Part shown: positions 9,213 through 17,319 of the stretch, in pieces
Numbering within the stretch: the first letter of the stretch is position 1
Layout of the letters: the number at the start of each line of letters is the position of its first letter
Assembly: GCA_030606485.1 (NCBI GenBank)
Contig: JAUWGH010000004.1
Span: 60,001-92,000, forward strand
DNA from: Promethearchaeota archaeon
GTDB taxonomy: Archaea; Asgardarchaeota; Lokiarchaeia; Sigyniarchaeales; SOKP01
DNA length: 32,000 nt
Direction: 5' to 3'
Translations under genes and position numbers: made by a program
The notes under the pieces: generated by a model
What the model saw: only the letters and a program-made list of their open reading frames with translations
The model's database searches: none
Told to the model about the DNA's origin: nothing

Positions 9213-9257
9213 TTAGATCTACTCTAAGTGTATATCTAGATAATATAACATAATTTC

Positions 9258-10469
9258 ATGATTTATATGGAATTTCAACAGCCTATTATAAGAAAGGTTG
9301 ATTCCTTTAATTTTGATTCCTATCAAGATAGAAGGTTGAAAGCTTTTTTGAATGCAGGTATTAAAAATGCTTTTCCATCCAAAGAAGGTATTAATATTCC
9401 GAAAAAGGGAGATTCCGATGAATTTTTAGCGGATTTATTAAATATTTTGAATATTAAGACATTGGTGGTAGGAGTGGGAGGAGCTGGCAATAACACGGTA
9501 TCTCGATTGCAAGAGGGAGGTATTATTGGAGCTGAAACATTAAACATAAATACAGACGCTCAAGACTTGTATTATTCACATGCTAATTCAAAATTATTAA
9601 TTGGAAAAGAAATTTCCAAAGGGTTGGGGTCAGGAAATAATCCTGAAATAGGAAAGGAATCTGCTGAATGTGATGTTAAAAGAATTAGAGAATTCATGGA
9701 TGCAGATGTAGTATTTTTAACGTGCGGCTTAGGAGGAGGAACCGGAACTGGTGCTACTCCTATTATTGCAAGAGAAGCAAAAAGAGCAGGTGCCGTCGTT
9801 GTTACTTTCTGCACATTACCGTTTGGTATGGAGGGGGAAAAAAGGAGCTTGCGTGCGAATAGTGCATTAAAAGAATTAGCACAATATTCGGATTCGTTAA
9901 TTCCCATTCCAAACGATCGTCTATTTAAGTTAGACCAAAACATTTCAATGATGACTGGATTTAAGATAATGGATGAAGTTCTTGTCAGAAGTTGCAGATC
10001 TTTGGTTGGTCTTATAAATAATTGTGGAATGGTTAATTTAGATTATGCTGATGTGAAAAATGTTCTTAGAAAAACTGGGAAATATCCATCAGGAATTATT
10101 GGAATTGCTGAATCAGTTGGAGATAAAAATGATCTTATAAATAAAACAAAATTGGCTATTAACAATCCACTTTTAGAGCCGGATACAAAAAAAATTGATC
10201 AGTGCATAGTTTCAATATCTGGAGACCATGATATTCCATTATCAAAAATAGACAGCGTAGTATCCACTGTTTCAAATGAGATTTCCAGAGATGCCGATTT
10301 AAAGTTTGGAGCAATGATTGACCCAACTTTAGGAAATAAAACACAAATTTTATTCCTTGGGAAAGGCCCGATTTCACCCTTATTACTTAAAGCGCTTAAT
10401 TCGGAGGAAGGAAGGAAGGATATTGAAGAAGATATGGGTTATAGAAATGTAATTAATCGCCTTTTTTGA
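9258..10469 (+). CDS. ftsZ: FtsZ-family GTPase, FtsZ1-like N-terminal domain with divergent C-terminal domain
   Basis: GVGGAGNN, NTDAQDL, GLGGGTGTG tubulin signature, PFxxEGxKR, T7 loop VNLDYADV. Confidence 0.93.
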   Translation: MIYMEFQQPIIRKVDSFNFDSYQDRRLKAFLNAGIKNAFPSKEGINIPKKGDSDEFLADLLNILNIKTLVVGVGGAGNNTVSRLQEGGIIGAETLNINTDAQDLYYSHANSKLLIGKEISKGLGSGNNPEIGKESAECDVKRIREFMDADVVFLTCGLGGGTGTGATPIIAREAKRAGAVVVTFCTLPFGMEGEKRSLRANSALKELAQYSDSLIPIPNDRLFKLDQNISMMTGFKIMDEVLVRSCRSLVGLINNCGMVNLDYADVKNVLRKTGKYPSGIIGIAESVGDKNDLINKTKLAINNPLLEPDTKKIDQCIVSISGDHDIPLSKIDSVVSTVSNEISRDADLKFGAMIDPTLGNKTQILFLGKGPISPLLLKALNSEEGRKDIEEDMGYRNVINRLF

Positions 10470-10591
10470 TTAATTACATCCTTTTAATTTTAAGTTGAGG
10501 ATTATTTATTTTAATAATTCATATCATAGGACAAGATATTTTAAAATTATTCATTAAAGCAATTTTATATTAGATATAAAATTATGCTTTC

Positions 10592-11224
10592 TTGATGATA
10601 AATCAACTCGACATCAAAACTATTGTTTTTGATTTAGGTGGTGTATTATTCACATCGGGGACAACATTAGCTATAAAAAAAATTGCAACTAATTATGGAA
10701 TAAATTATAGGAAAGTCGCAGAAATATTTCTTGATAAAACTCATAAATTGGGCTACAAATTAAGGAGCGGAACGATCTCCATGGAAGAGTTCTTAGATAA
10801 TGCAATTGAAAAACTAGAATTAGAAGATAATGATAAAGAACACATAAAAAATATTTGGTTTAATTCTTATATTCCTCATTTTGGAATGCTCGAATTAATA
10901 AAAAATTTGAAGAAAAATTATAGATTAGTAATTTTCAGTGGTAATGTTAAGGCGAGGATAGATTTTCTTAATAAAAGGTATGATTTTCTGAAATATTTTG
11001 ACGATTATGTTTTTAGTTATATTTATCATCATAATAAAAAAGAAATAGAATTTTATAATGAATTGCTAAATCATCTCGATTGTGAGCCAAATCAATCTTT
11101 ATTAATTGATGATAGTAGTAAGGCTGTTAAAACTGCCCGATCTCTTAATCTAAATGCAATAATTTTTTATTATCCTGAGAAGTTAATTAAAGATTTAAAA
11201 AATTTTAATATTAAAATAAATTAA
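10592..11224 (+). CDS. HAD-superfamily hydrolase/phosphatase
   Basis: Motif I FDLGGV, motif II FSGN, motif IV LIDDS. Confidence 0.88.
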   Translation: MMINQLDIKTIVFDLGGVLFTSGTTLAIKKIATNYGINYRKVAEIFLDKTHKLGYKLRSGTISMEEFLDNAIEKLELEDNDKEHIKNIWFNSYIPHFGMLELIKNLKKNYRLVIFSGNVKARIDFLNKRYDFLKYFDDYVFSYIYHHNKKEIEFYNELLNHLDCEPNQSLLIDDSSKAVKTARSLNLNAIIFYYPEKLIKDLKNFNIKIN

Positions 11225-11238
11225 CGAGAGGGAATGCT

Positions 11239-11439
11239 ATTCCGAAGCAATGTAAATGGTATAATTGCTGTCCATTGAAATATTTTTATGAACAGGGCAA
11301 GCTAGAAGAGAGATGGGTTAGGGATTATTGTTGGATAGGTAATAAAAATTGCATAAGATATCAAAAGGAAGAAGCTGGAATACCTCATCTGGATAATATG
11401 TTGCCTGATGGAAGCATTAGAGAGGATTTAAAATATTAA
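11239..11439 (+). CDS. Unannotated 66-aa Cys-rich microprotein, probable ATT start
   Basis: Open frame IPKQCKWYNCCPLKYFYEQGKLEERWVRDYCWIGNKNCIRYQKEEAGIPHLDNMLPDGSIREDLKY*; no in-frame ATG/GTG/TTG upstream of the Cys motif; AGAGGGA 5 nt upstream of ATT; GC higher than in true intergenic DNA. Confidence 0.75.
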   Translation: MPKQCKWYNCCPLKYFYEQGKLEERWVRDYCWIGNKNCIRYQKEEAGIPHLDNMLPDGSIREDLKY

Positions 11440-12108
11440 AGTGCTCCCAACTTTTATTTCTACAAAATTATTGGGAAAATTTCTCCTAATTTTATTAGTT
11501 TTTGATGTGCAATGGCAGGGAGCAATTAAATCGATCCCTTCCAAGGCGTATAACTTATCGAATCCGTGAAAACCACCCAATACAGCGCGGATTTTTCCTA
11601 ACTCCTTTGCATTTTCTATTATATTTTCTAATCCCGGGTGGGCACATCCCGTAATTATCACAATTCCTTTTTCCGACTTTAAAAATAAAGAGATTTCGGG
11701 TATTCCTGTTCCCAATTCTTTTGAGCAGTAAATATTGTCTTCAATCTCAGTTATATCTTTTATTCCATAAACTTTAACATCGGATGGCATTTGATTTGAC
11801 ATATAATTTTTTTTTGAATATGCAAGATAAAGTTCGATTTTAGGATTTATTGTAACAAGACTCATTAAACCCCCAGCATGGTCCATATGCGTATGAGAAA
11901 TAATTACTTTTTTAATACCTTCAACTTTGATATTAAATTTATTAAGATTATGTGCCAATTTGGGAAAACCTGCGCCTGTGTCAAATAGTAGAATATTATT
12001 TGAATAATTATTCATAATAATTGCTCCAAATCCCCATCCGGATTGGAATCCAGGGAGGGCATTATTATCGAAGACTATTTTTACTTCAAAATTATGTTTA
12101 TTTTTCAT
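11428..12108 (-). CDS. Metallo-beta-lactamase-fold hydrolase
   Basis: LFDTG, SHTHMDHAGG (HxHxDH), GCAHPG, GGFH, CHCT. Confidence 0.9.
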   Translation of the reverse strand: MKNKHNFEVKIVFDNNALPGFQSGWGFGAIIMNNYSNNILLFDTGAGFPKLAHNLNKFNIKVEGIKKVIISHTHMDHAGGLMSLVTINPKIELYLAYSKKNYMSNQMPSDVKVYGIKDITEIEDNIYCSKELGTGIPEISLFLKSEKGIVIITGCAHPGLENIIENAKELGKIRAVLGGFHGFDKLYALEGIDLIAPCHCTSKTNKIRRNFPNNFVEIKVGSTLIF

Positions 12109-12198
12109 GAGATTATACCAATATCTTAAAAGAGATATGATTTAAAAAAATTATGGAGCTTTATGATAAGAAAGAGAAGTGAAATGATTACATATAGA

Positions 12199-15117
12199 TT
12201 AAGATTTTTTGATTAAATCAATACAATATTCTAAAATAGCAGTTTCTTTTATTGTTTTATCGGGAATTAATCCTTGTCCGTAATTTATTTTTCCTCCGCC
12301 TTTCCCTCCAAAATTTTGGACACAAGTCTTTATTATTTTGCCCATATTGACATTGGATTTTTGAGAAGCTTCTGATCCTAATAACCCTAATAAAATTATT
12401 CCTTGCTTTTCTTTACTGGTAAAAACTGTAATTGACTCGGAGGCTTTCCTAAAAATTTTAATTGACAAATTCTTCATATCATTCTGGTTAATACCATCGA
12501 ATGAGTAAGTAATGATCTTTAATTCTCCAAATTGTTTTGCTTCCCCAATATATTTATCTATTGCGTTATCCGCAAAAATATTATTTATTTTTTCTAATTT
12601 TTGTTTACTTTCTTCCCATTCGCTGTAGAATTTTTTAACTCTTTCTACGATAAGTTCAATTTGTGAATTTAGAATTTTGGCAACCTCTTCCAAGATATCT
12701 CCTTTTTTTTCTTCAGTGGAAGTTAATACTAGATCCTCTGGATTAATTTGACCTGAAGTAAGAGATTTTCTGGTTGATTTCCATTTTTTTATTAATTCTT
12801 GTACTCTGGCGGGTATTTGCGATGTGGATACATGTAATACATCTTCTAATTCTTGAATTATATTTTTATATGTCAGTTTTAATTGTTTTGTTGCCTCGCC
12901 AGCCGTGAATGTTATTCTGACAATACCATCTTGTATTTTTTGAGATTTTAAAATTTTTATTTCACCTGCTTCTCCTGTTCTATTTAAATGAGTTCCACCA
13001 CACGCTTCGACTTCTAAATCAGGTATTTCAACAATTCTAATCAGTTTACCGGGAACTGCACCACCTTGATAGATGCTCATTCCATATTTTTTTTCTGCTT
13101 CAGAGCGGGGCATAAAGGATAGATTTGTTTTTAAATTCTTTTTAACAATTTCATTTGATAATGCTTCAATTTTTTTAAGATCTTCATCAGAAATTGCATT
13201 AAAATGAGTTACATCGAGATGGGCTTTTTCTTGAGATTTTTTTGCGCCTGCTTGGTTGATATGAGCCCCCAAGACTTCTCTTGTTGCGGCATTTATAATG
13301 TGGGTTGTAGTGTGATGTTGTGCTATTTGTTTTCGCCAATTTTTATCAACGATAATATCAACTATATCACCTTCTTTAAATTTAGGAGGTTTATCCATTA
13401 CGTGAATAACATATTTTCCTTCTTTAATGACGTTAGAGAATTTTTCTCCACTAATTGTCCCAATATCATGTAATTGACCACCAGAAGTTGGGTATGCCAC
13501 AGATTTATCAAGAATCACGTATTTATCTATTATTTTTAATACTTTTGCTTTATTAGAATAATCTTCATAATTATCAAAATAAAGTGATTGGGTTTCAGGT
13601 ATATTACTTAAATCAATATCGAGCTCTTTCTGAGTAGCGTAAACTTGTTCCTTTTTCTCGTGTAATGCAACGACTCTACTATAGAAATCATCGGGAATCC
13701 TAACTTCTACGCCTAATTTTTTTGCCTCTTCCACGACTATATCAGGGTTGATACCATTAGAATCATATAACGTAAGTAGGGTTTTTTCTGAAATTTTTCC
13801 TTTTTTAATTTCATTTTTAACGATTTTACCCGCATTCTTTTTAGTTTGATAATATTTCTCTTTTTCTACATTCAGTATTTGCCTTAACTCATCCAAATGT
13901 TCGCTTACCTCTGGGAATAATTCTCTTAATTCATCAGCATGCCAATCACATACATCTGCAATTTCAATATCCCAATTAAATTGGTCTATAAAAGAAATCG
14001 CTCTTCTAAAAATTACCCTTAAATTATAACCTCCACCTACATTTGAAGGTAATTTTCCATCATTAATTGCAAATAATAAAGTTCTTGCATGTTCTGCGAT
14101 AGAATATAAGCCTGCCATTGGCATAATTTTTTTTTCTAATTCCACAATATCCATATTTAATTCTTGAGCGACTCGTCCCCACGCCTTATCCATATCATCA
14201 ACTTCATCTATATTTAAATACGCAGAATATTGAGAGAATTTATTATATAATTCTAAATCTAATTCAATATTTGTTTTTTCTCTTAATTTTGATAAAACAT
14301 ACGGAAATGTAGCTTCATACATATTTGGAGTGCCTTGTGAGAACCAAGCTACACGCTCCTGGCCAAGACCCATATCTAAAACTTTTAATGGAAGTTCGCG
14401 AGAGCCTTCCAGTGTCTGTTCGAACATAGTATATACTTGATTGAATAATTCAACCCCTCTACTAAAAAATTCAAGACTACAACCGTAGGAACCTCCTCCA
14501 GCCCAACTATCCTCATGAATAGTAAGCTCATGTTTTGAAACCCCTACTCCTTTAGTAATAAAATCATACATGTCAAGAAAATATTCACCTTGTTTCCATT
14601 CTTCTGGTTTCACAAATGTATGCTGTCCAATCATTATGAAGCCACAACAGTGCGAGCCCGTCAAGCCTACATTCTCGATGTCGTTGAATCTCAAGCAAAA
14701 CTGAGGGATAATTAATTTTTTAGCTGGTGGCTCTATTTCACCCGTTATTACATACGGTTGAAATGCAGAAATTGAAGCAATAGTAAATTCAGTAGTCGGA
14801 TTCCATCTTGCAACGCAGGGATACCGATTTATTGGTTTATATCCTCGAGGTTCTAAAATTTCTACAATTTTTTTCCAAACACCGATAAAGGATAGTTTGA
14901 CTTTAGAGGGATTATCTTCAACAACTTGAAAACCTCCTGAACAAGTAGGGCTTCCGCATACTTCTCTATCTTCATGAGTAGTCCAAAAATAAGTTCCACA
15001 TTTGCACAGTTTCCTAATAAAACCCTTATTTCTTAATTCATTAGTAGGAAAATATTTATCTGGATCAGCAGATGCAATTTTTCTGAAGACTTCCTTCTGT
15101 TCCTTGTCAGAGAGCAT
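12199..15117 (-). CDS. alaS: Alanyl-tRNA synthetase, archaeal type
   Basis: N-terminal CKC…FWT…C…C, RYPxVARW, IASIxAFQP, DMGLGQER, YPTSGGQLHD, editing HHTTTH and CGGTH, C-terminal GGKGGG. Confidence 0.97.
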   Translation of the reverse strand: MLSDKEQKEVFRKIASADPDKYFPTNELRNKGFIRKLCKCGTYFWTTHEDREVCGSPTCSGGFQVVEDNPSKVKLSFIGVWKKIVEILEPRGYKPINRYPCVARWNPTTEFTIASISAFQPYVITGEIEPPAKKLIIPQFCLRFNDIENVGLTGSHCCGFIMIGQHTFVKPEEWKQGEYFLDMYDFITKGVGVSKHELTIHEDSWAGGGSYGCSLEFFSRGVELFNQVYTMFEQTLEGSRELPLKVLDMGLGQERVAWFSQGTPNMYEATFPYVLSKLREKTNIELDLELYNKFSQYSAYLNIDEVDDMDKAWGRVAQELNMDIVELEKKIMPMAGLYSIAEHARTLLFAINDGKLPSNVGGGYNLRVIFRRAISFIDQFNWDIEIADVCDWHADELRELFPEVSEHLDELRQILNVEKEKYYQTKKNAGKIVKNEIKKGKISEKTLLTLYDSNGINPDIVVEEAKKLGVEVRIPDDFYSRVVALHEKKEQVYATQKELDIDLSNIPETQSLYFDNYEDYSNKAKVLKIIDKYVILDKSVAYPTSGGQLHDIGTISGEKFSNVIKEGKYVIHVMDKPPKFKEGDIVDIIVDKNWRKQIAQHHTTTHIINAATREVLGAHINQAGAKKSQEKAHLDVTHFNAISDEDLKKIEALSNEIVKKNLKTNLSFMPRSEAEKKYGMSIYQGGAVPGKLIRIVEIPDLEVEACGGTHLNRTGEAGEIKILKSQKIQDGIVRITFTAGEATKQLKLTYKNIIQELEDVLHVSTSQIPARVQELIKKWKSTRKSLTSGQINPEDLVLTSTEEKKGDILEEVAKILNSQIELIVERVKKFYSEWEESKQKLEKINNIFADNAIDKYIGEAKQFGELKIITYSFDGINQNDMKNLSIKIFRKASESITVFTSKEKQGIILLGLLGSEASQKSNVNMGKIIKTCVQNFGGKGGGKINYGQGLIPDKTIKETAILEYCIDLIKKS

Positions 15118-15147
15118 ATTATAATATATTTAAATTTCTAACAATGA

Positions 15148-15153
15148 TATAAA
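15148..15153 (-). promoter_or_regulatory. Candidate TATA box (TTTATA) for alaS
   Basis: About 31 nt upstream of the ATG with no SD, consistent with a leaderless or short-leader transcript. Confidence 0.4.
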
Positions 15154-15203
15154 CTAGCCTATTTTTATATTATTAAGGAATCCTTAATTATTTTTTTATT
15201 ATC

Positions 15204-15242
15204 GAGAAAAAAATAAAAAATATTAAATTGTAAAGGATGTTG
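15204..15242 (+). repeat. Direct repeat copy 1 (39 bp)
   Basis: GAGAAAAAAATAAAAAATATTAAATTGTAAAGGATGTTG; matches 16314-16351 with 2 mismatches and 1 indel. Confidence 0.8.
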
Positions 15243-15431
15243 TAAAGGTTTGTTATTCTTAAAATAAATATTTACTTTCATATCTTTATTTAAAATAATA
15301 AATACTTATTAAAAAGATTTTGAACAATTTATAGAACTAAAGAATAATCTTTTTTAACATAAATGATTTAATTAAGTTTACTTTTAATCTAAAAACAACC
15401 TAATTTAATAAAATAATAAAAGGTATTAAAA

Positions 15432-15965
15432 ATGGGAAAATCATCAGGTGTGGCATTAGCCATTATTAGTTTACTTATTGGAGCAGGAGGATTAGGTATT
15501 GGCGTGTATTGTTACTTAACATTTGGCGAGAGGATTGCCGAGTTAGAGGGTGAGTTAGAAGATAGGTCTATTAAAGGAACATGGTACGCAGAACTTTTGG
15601 AAGATTTTAAGCCAACCGTCACAAATACAAACGAAACGATACCTGGTCTTACCATTAGTTTTCAAGTAAAAGAAGGCGAATCTGTTTATTTTTTATTTAT
15701 ATCTAGAGCAATTATTTATAAATATTCTGTTGAATCTTATTTACGTTTTACTTTCAGCATCGATGGCATAATTTTACATGCGCCCTATACCATAGCGGGG
15801 GGTCGCAATATAGACGAGACTTGGTTATATTTTCCTGTTGCTCTTCAATACTCAACAGATACTTTAGCAGCAGGTAACCATACAGTCTCTGTTATCGCAT
15901 TGCAAAGTTATAGTTTTAATTTTATTCGCCAAAGTACATTTTTAGTTCAAACGTACATTCCATAG
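15432..15965 (+). CDS. Hypothetical N-terminally membrane-anchored protein with beta-rich C-terminal domain
   Basis: Gly-rich TM segment VALAIISLLIGAGGLGIGVYCYL, short heptad-like ERIAELEGELEDR, then alternating hydrophobic beta-strands. Confidence 0.8.
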   Translation: MGKSSGVALAIISLLIGAGGLGIGVYCYLTFGERIAELEGELEDRSIKGTWYAELLEDFKPTVTNTNETIPGLTISFQVKEGESVYFLFISRAIIYKYSVESYLRFTFSIDGIILHAPYTIAGGRNIDETWLYFPVALQYSTDTLAAGNHTVSVIALQSYSFNFIRQSTFLVQTYIP

Positions 15966-15988
15966 AATTGAAGAAATCTTAATTAACC

Positions 15989-15997
15989 TTTTTTTTT
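15989..15997 (+). terminator. Oligo-T archaeal terminator candidate
   Basis: T9 run about 24 nt after the stop of 15432..15965. Confidence 0.4.
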
Positions 15998-16079
15998 ATT
16001 TTATATAAATCCGTTCATTTTTAACTTGCAATCAAAACCAACGTATTTATTATTTTCTTTTAAAAAAATCAATGAATTA

Positions 16080-16310
16080 GGTTATCCCTACATTTTCAAT
16101 ATCATTAAATCTTAAGAAATATTAAAGGAGAAGTAACTTTTTTTTCGGGATATTCTACTCTCCAGAAAAAATATAAGGTTGAAAAGCGGAGATTGAAGCA
16201 ATTTTAAATTCAATCGTTGGATTCCATCTTGCAACACATAGATAACGGTTTATTGGTTTATATCCTCGAGGTTCTAAAATTTCTACGTTTTTTTTCTAAA
16301 TACGGATAAA
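16080..16310 (-). pseudogene. Decayed alaS fragment (codons 77-153), colinear with 14659-14889
   Basis: Translates FIRI*KKNVEILEPRGYKPINRYLCVARWNPTIEFKIASISAFQPYIFSGE*NIPKKKLLLL*YFLRFNDIENVGIT; 56/77 codons encode the same residue as intact alaS; no indels; three stops. Confidence 0.92.
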
Positions 16311-16313
16311 TGA

Positions 16314-16351
16314 GAGAAAAAAATAAAAATTATTAAATTTTAAGGATGTTG
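16314..16351 (+). repeat. Direct repeat copy 2 (38 bp)
   Basis: GAGAAAAAAATAAAAATTATTAAATTTTAAGGATGTTG; begins 3 nt after the alaS relic and ends 35 nt before the ftcD ATG. Confidence 0.8.
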
Positions 16352-16386
16352 AGATACATTAAAGAAATAATTTGGGAGGAATAAAA

Positions 16387-17304
16387 ATGGGAAAAAAAAA
16401 AAAGAAAATTGTTGAGTCAATACCTAATTTTAGTGAAGGGACTGAAAGTGATAAAGTTGAGGCGATAGTTTCTGAAATCAGAAATACTCATGAGACTCGT
16501 ATTGTTGATGTTCAATATGATTCTGATTATAATCGAGCAGTAATAACATTTGTTGGAACTCCAGAAGCAGTGCTTAACGCGAATATTGCTGCTGCTAAAA
16601 AAGCTATTGAATTGATTGATATGAATAAACATAAGGGACAACACCCTCGAATAGGTGCAGTTGATGTTTGTCCGTTTGTACCTGCTCAAAATGTTACTAT
16701 TGAAGAATGTAAAGACTTAGCAATAAAGTTTGCTGAAGCAATGACAAAAGAAGGAGTCCCAGTTTATCTTTATGAAGAATCCGCTACTAAACCAGAGAGG
16801 AGAAATATTGATAATATCCGCATAGGTGAATTTGAGGGTTTGAAAGATACAATAAAAACGAACCCCGAACATAAACCAGATTATGGACCTTCTAAATTCC
16901 ATCCTACTGCTGGAGCAACAATTACAGGTGCCAGATATCCTTTAATTAGTTTTAATATTAATCTTGGAACAACAGATGTTAAAATAGCAAAGAAGGTTGC
17001 AAAACGGATTCATCAACGCTCAGGAGGACTCGTAAATGTTAAAGCAATGGGAACGGAATTAAAAGGAAGAGATTGCGTTCAAGTTGGGATTAGTAACATT
17101 AATTTTAAAAAAACACCAATCTATCGACAGATGGAACTCGTTAAAATCGAAGCAGCGCGATACGGAGTTCCAGTGATCGGTTCAGAATTAGTTGGTGTTC
17201 TCCCCATAGATGCAGTGCTTAACTCGTTGGAGTACTATTTACAACTCGAATCTCCCAAGAAGCTTGAGCAGAAGCATTTATTAGAGTATTATTTTGATTT
17301 TTAA
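16387..17304 (+). CDS. ftcD: Glutamate formiminotransferase (stand-alone FT domain)
   Basis: ESIPNFSEG, DYNRAV, HKGQHPRIGAVDVCPFVP, PVYLYE, TITGARYPLISFN; ATG 16387 follows a GGAGG SD; no cyclodeaminase domain. Confidence 0.93.
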   Translation: MGKKKKKIVESIPNFSEGTESDKVEAIVSEIRNTHETRIVDVQYDSDYNRAVITFVGTPEAVLNANIAAAKKAIELIDMNKHKGQHPRIGAVDVCPFVPAQNVTIEECKDLAIKFAEAMTKEGVPVYLYEESATKPERRNIDNIRIGEFEGLKDTIKTNPEHKPDYGPSKFHPTAGATITGARYPLISFNINLGTTDVKIAKKVAKRIHQRSGGLVNVKAMGTELKGRDCVQVGISNINFKKTPIYRQMELVKIEAARYGVPVIGSELVGVLPIDAVLNSLEYYLQLESPKKLEQKHLLEYYFDF

Positions 17305-17319
17305 CATTAATAAATACAA

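Noticed and set aside
11234-11278. ATG-initiated 14-codon ORF just after the HAD gene
   Set aside because: No conserved features and out of frame with the Cys-rich coding frame; noted only as possible context for the ATT start.
14659-14694. Higher GC3 in intact alaS (9/12 codons) than in the relic (2/12), suggesting which allele is foreign
   Set aside because: Neighbouring codons show the opposite bias (aat/aac, att/atc, tct/tcc), so direction cannot be inferred from this.
16080-16310. TAG codons in the alaS relic as pyrrolysine read-through
   Set aside because: The fragment also has a TAA, lacks its 5' end and start, and has no pyl context.
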